From positions 1-60,551 of the forward strand of contig JASMGX010000001.1 in the NCBI GenBank assembly GCA_030751095.1: a DNA stretch of 60,551 bases, in the 5' to 3' direction. The translations under genes and the position numbers were made by a program. The notes beneath the pieces are model-generated. The model was not told the DNA's origin. It made no database searches and saw nothing but the letters and a program-made list of their open reading frames with translations. This DNA comes from Pirellulales bacterium. Its GTDB lineage: Bacteria > Planctomycetota > Planctomycetia > Pirellulales > UBA7805. Shown piece by piece: positions 57,849 through 60,551 of this stretch (positions are counted from its first letter, which is position 1; each line of letters starts with the position of its first letter).

Positions 57849-57918
57849 TGATCTTCTCCTCGTTATTTGAAAGTATGTTCCCGAACATGCGCCCGGAAAG
57901 CCTATCTCTTACTGTTTA

Positions 57919-60551
57919 TTAGTGGTTAAAAAGGAATGCCGGATTATTGATCAGGGCCCAGGCAATATCCTGAGCGACCGTCAAGCGTTGATTCTCCAAC
58001 TGTTTGGTACTGAGGTCAATCGCCCGCTTCAATTCGACAAGCTGGTGATCCTCGGAAATTGGCTGTTTGAGTAATGCTATCCGATAACGGAGTGTCTCCA
58101 GTTCTTTATCGCCCTCCCGGGGCACCTTCGCCTTGTTTAATACGGCCAAAAGCCCTTTTCGTTCTATGGAATCCTTTTTGTGGAACTTTTTGAGCTGCTC
58201 GCGCTGCTCGTCAGACCGCTTGTCCACCGGAGTTTCCACCACTTCGACGAGTTCGGGCGGAATCCCATAACGGACATCTTCCTGCTGGGTCACCGAAAGC
58301 CGGAAACGACCGATCGAGTGCTTGCTGGTGAGATACTGCTGGTCCATCAGGAAACGGAGCTTTGCACCACCCTTGAAGGAAATCTTGTCTTGCGTCTGAA
58401 AAGAAGCCAGGCGGGTTTCGCCCAGATCGGGGTCTGATGCCCAGCCGTCGTCGTCGTCCTGGACTTTGCCATCGATAGCCCGCTTGACGGTAAAATACTC
58501 ATTGCTGTAATCGGCCTTGGCCCCTTCCTTATTGAAGGCCACCTTCCGGGGCAATTCGTGCCGGTAAAGACGAACTTCTTTGATCGCAACACTCGCTCCT
58601 GCCGGATCGAAACGCAATCCGCTGAGATCATCGTAGGAGATGAAATCGAAGCGGTAGGTATTCCAATCGCCGTCTTTGCCAAGCGGTGTCACTTCGGTAA
58701 CGCGACGCCCGCTGTACGGATCATCTTTGGCGGCTTTCCAGAAGATCCTCGCTGGCGCCGGGCCATCCGCTTTGGCAACGACCTCTACCGCATACGATCC
58801 GGCACCCCCTTCGGTGTCGGTCGCCACGGAGGGATTGATGGCTGGAACACTGTCGGTTGCAAAATAGAAAGAACTCGGTCCCTCTGCGTTGACAATTTTC
58901 ACCATCAATTCGTTCTCACCCTCTTTGAGCATTACCGGGATCAGTTCCTGATCGGCCGCCGCTTTACGATCGACGTTCTTCGTGAAGACTTCTGCGCCGT
59001 TGAGCCAGGCCTTGATCCCCTCGTCACTCCCAAATCGCAGAATCATTTTCCGCGCTGCAGAAGTTTTGATCTGCCGGTAAAAGTAGGTCGCCGAATCATC
59101 GCTCGACGAGTAGGTATGGACCCTGCCATCGGGCAGATCGAGGCGTCGCTGCCAGGCAAGGCGATTGCCCTTTTCCCTAAAGGTCTGTTGCGGGTCGATC
59201 TGACTTCCCTCCGGACCGAGTACCGCATTAAACGCTTCTTTATCAAAGAAAGGACCTACCGAGGACCAGTTGGTCAGCGTTGTCTCCACTTGCGGCGCCT
59301 CACCGCTCACATTCAGCATGCCGCCTGAGCGGGTAACTTTAGCCCCCTCCTGGGGCAACCACACATTCGCCACTGCCGCATCTCCAAAATCCCAACTGCG
59401 AACGAGATCCCAGTTGGCCAAATTGGAATTGGGTGCCGCGAACAACTCGAGTTCGCTCAAAACAAAATTGCCATTTTCAGCGCGGCCGGGGCCTCCGCTG
59501 GGCAACCGCTCATCGGCGATCACTTCGAGGCGGACTCCGGTGATATCCTCCACAGGTGTCTCCGTGACGACCTCGTACGCCCCTCTGCCATTTTCACCGG
59601 AAACAAAGATCGATTGATCGTCCTGCAACTCCAGTGTCGCCCCATTGGCGGCCTTGAATTCGCTCGGATGCAGCACCTGCCAACTCTTGCTGGCGGAGCC
59701 TAACTCTTTCTCCCAGTTCTTGAGCTTTGTGGAATCTTTATCAAATTTCTTAAGTGCCGCCTCAGCGAGGACGAGCTTTTCATGATGCTGCGCATCGAGC
59801 TTCTTTTCATGAGCGACCACCTTCTGAACTTTCGGAGAGGCGAGCGTCGCTTCCGCCTCTTTGAGCTTCGCCTGCCGCACTACGAGCAACTTTGCCTGCC
59901 GCGCCTCAGCTTCGGCGGTCACGGACTTGAGTTGTTCGAGTAAATGCTCGTGACTGAGCGGAAGATCTATGAGGAGTTGCTGGCAGGAGCTAATCTCTTC
60001 CTCGGTCGCTGGCCGATTGAGGATGCGGAGAAAAATCTCATTGATCAGTCGCGGATCATCCTGCTCTTCGCTCACCAGCCTTGCTAATTCGTTATCCGGA
60101 TCGGCGATCGCGTTCCCCACGGTGGGACCCCCGACGATTGCAATCACACCTCCAAGATGCATGTCGCCGACACGCTCACATTCGCACGCGCTCTCGCGCG
60201 CAGGACGACCCATGTTGGACAAAAAGCCATCTGGCACCGTAATCCCCGCATCGGGAATTGCCGCTGCCCGCGTCCCGTCCGCCAAGCCGGGGATCTTGCT
60301 GACCGAACCGGTCACGCTGTGCAACGCATCGTAGAGGACTTCTGCGGGCAATCGCCTCGCAATCGCATGGGAATAATTGAGCCCGTCGTCCTCATTCCAG
60401 CGGTTGGTGGCTACCGAGAGCTGGTACGTTCGAGAAGTGCAGATCAACTGCATCACATGACGAACGTCAAAGTCGCTGCGAATGAATTCATCGGCCAGAT
60501 AGTTGAGCAGTTCAGGATTCGTCGGCGGGTTGCCGGCACGGATATCATCGA
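57919..60551 (-). CDS. DUF1553 (PSD1) domain protein, partial (N-terminus beyond the right edge), with a ~625-aa insertion inside the PSD1 region
   Basis: The reading frame stays open upstream of the track start to the window edge (..DDIRAGNPPTNPELLNYLADEFIRSDFDVRHVMQLICTSRTYQLS). PSD1 motifs are RRLPAEVLYDAL and RESACECERV, with terminal WALINNPAFLFNH. The inserted coiled coil and beta-sandwich segments span nt ~58087-59964. Confidence 0.85.
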   Translation of the reverse strand, partial: DDIRAGNPPTNPELLNYLADEFIRSDFDVRHVMQLICTSRTYQLSVATNRWNEDDGLNYSHAIARRLPAEVLYDALHSVTGSVSKIPGLADGTRAAAIPDAGITVPDGFLSNMGRPARESACECERVGDMHLGGVIAIVGGPTVGNAIADPDNELARLVSEEQDDPRLINEIFLRILNRPATEEEISSCQQLLIDLPLSHEHLLEQLKSVTAEAEARQAKLLVVRQAKLKEAEATLASPKVQKVVAHEKKLDAQHHEKLVLAEAALKKFDKDSTKLKNWEKELGSASKSWQVLHPSEFKAANGATLELQDDQSIFVSGENGRGAYEVVTETPVEDITGVRLEVIADERLPSGGPGRAENGNFVLSELELFAAPNSNLANWDLVRSWDFGDAAVANVWLPQEGAKVTRSGGMLNVSGEAPQVETTLTNWSSVGPFFDKEAFNAVLGPEGSQIDPQQTFREKGNRLAWQRRLDLPDGRVHTYSSSDDSATYFYRQIKTSAARKMILRFGSDEGIKAWLNGAEVFTKNVDRKAAADQELIPVMLKEGENELMVKIVNAEGPSSFYFATDSVPAINPSVATDTEGGAGSYAVEVVAKADGPAPARIFWKAAKDDPYSGRRVTEVTPLGKDGDWNTYRFDFISYDDLSGLRFDPAGASVAIKEVRLYRHELPRKVAFNKEGAKADYSNEYFTVKRAIDGKVQDDDDGWASDPDLGETRLASFQTQDKISFKGGAKLRFLMDQQYLTSKHSIGRFRLSVTQQEDVRYGIPPELVEVVETPVDKRSDEQREQLKKFHKKDSIERKGLLAVLNKAKVPREGDKELETLRYRIALLKQPISEDHQLVELKRAIDLSTKQLENQRLTVAQDIAWALINNPAFLFNH

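Overview
This is a GC-rich, gene-dense 60.5-kb window with most genes on the minus strand. No database search was possible, so every family name rests on motifs I recognised in the translations. The gene content (a DUF1553/DUF1501 pair, alternative complex III, giant envelope proteins, many secreted polysaccharide-type enzymes) suggests a Planctomycetota-like genome; that is an inference. Many ORF-track starts are GTG/TTG-extended, and I trimmed them where overlaps or signal peptides indicated a better start.

Layout:
- 1-18240 (-): one tightly packed respiratory gene string. It runs dihaem cytochrome c, narGHJI, two narK-type transporters, then actABCDEF (alternative complex III), with actF running off the left edge.
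- 18620-22329 (-): an RraA-family protein translationally coupled to a mutarotase (Kelch-like)/sodium:solute symporter fusion.
- 22705-22777 (+): an intact tRNA-Ala(CGC).
- 22778-34866: a ~12.1-kb insert holding only two overlapping giant genes that together encode three paralogous ~1100-1300 aa envelope modules. It is bounded by an imperfect ~218-bp direct repeat (3' two-thirds of the tRNA, the spacer, and the 3' end of the neighbouring ABC permease gene). A further 15-nt tRNA-end relic lies inside. I could recognise no integrase.
- 34915-40177 (-): a MacAB/DevBCA-like efflux operon with two different FtsX-type permeases, an ATPase, a HlyD adaptor and an embedded Cys-motif lipoprotein. A Cys-rich secreted ORF lies upstream.
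- 41091-60551: mixed accessory genes. These are a lipoprotein, an alpha/beta hydrolase, an EgtC-like amidotransferase plus a SenB-like glycosyltransferase, a DUF1566/EF-hand protein, a metallophosphoesterase, a heparinase II/III-like protein, an NHL propeller, a membrane-anchored AlbA_2 protein, an MFS transporter, a STAS-like protein, RluA, DUF1501, and a partial DUF1553 protein with a large insertion.

The strongest candidate for an undescribed system is the tRNA-flanked giant tri-modular envelope protein pair. No CRISPR array, rRNA, transposase or recognisable integrase was seen.
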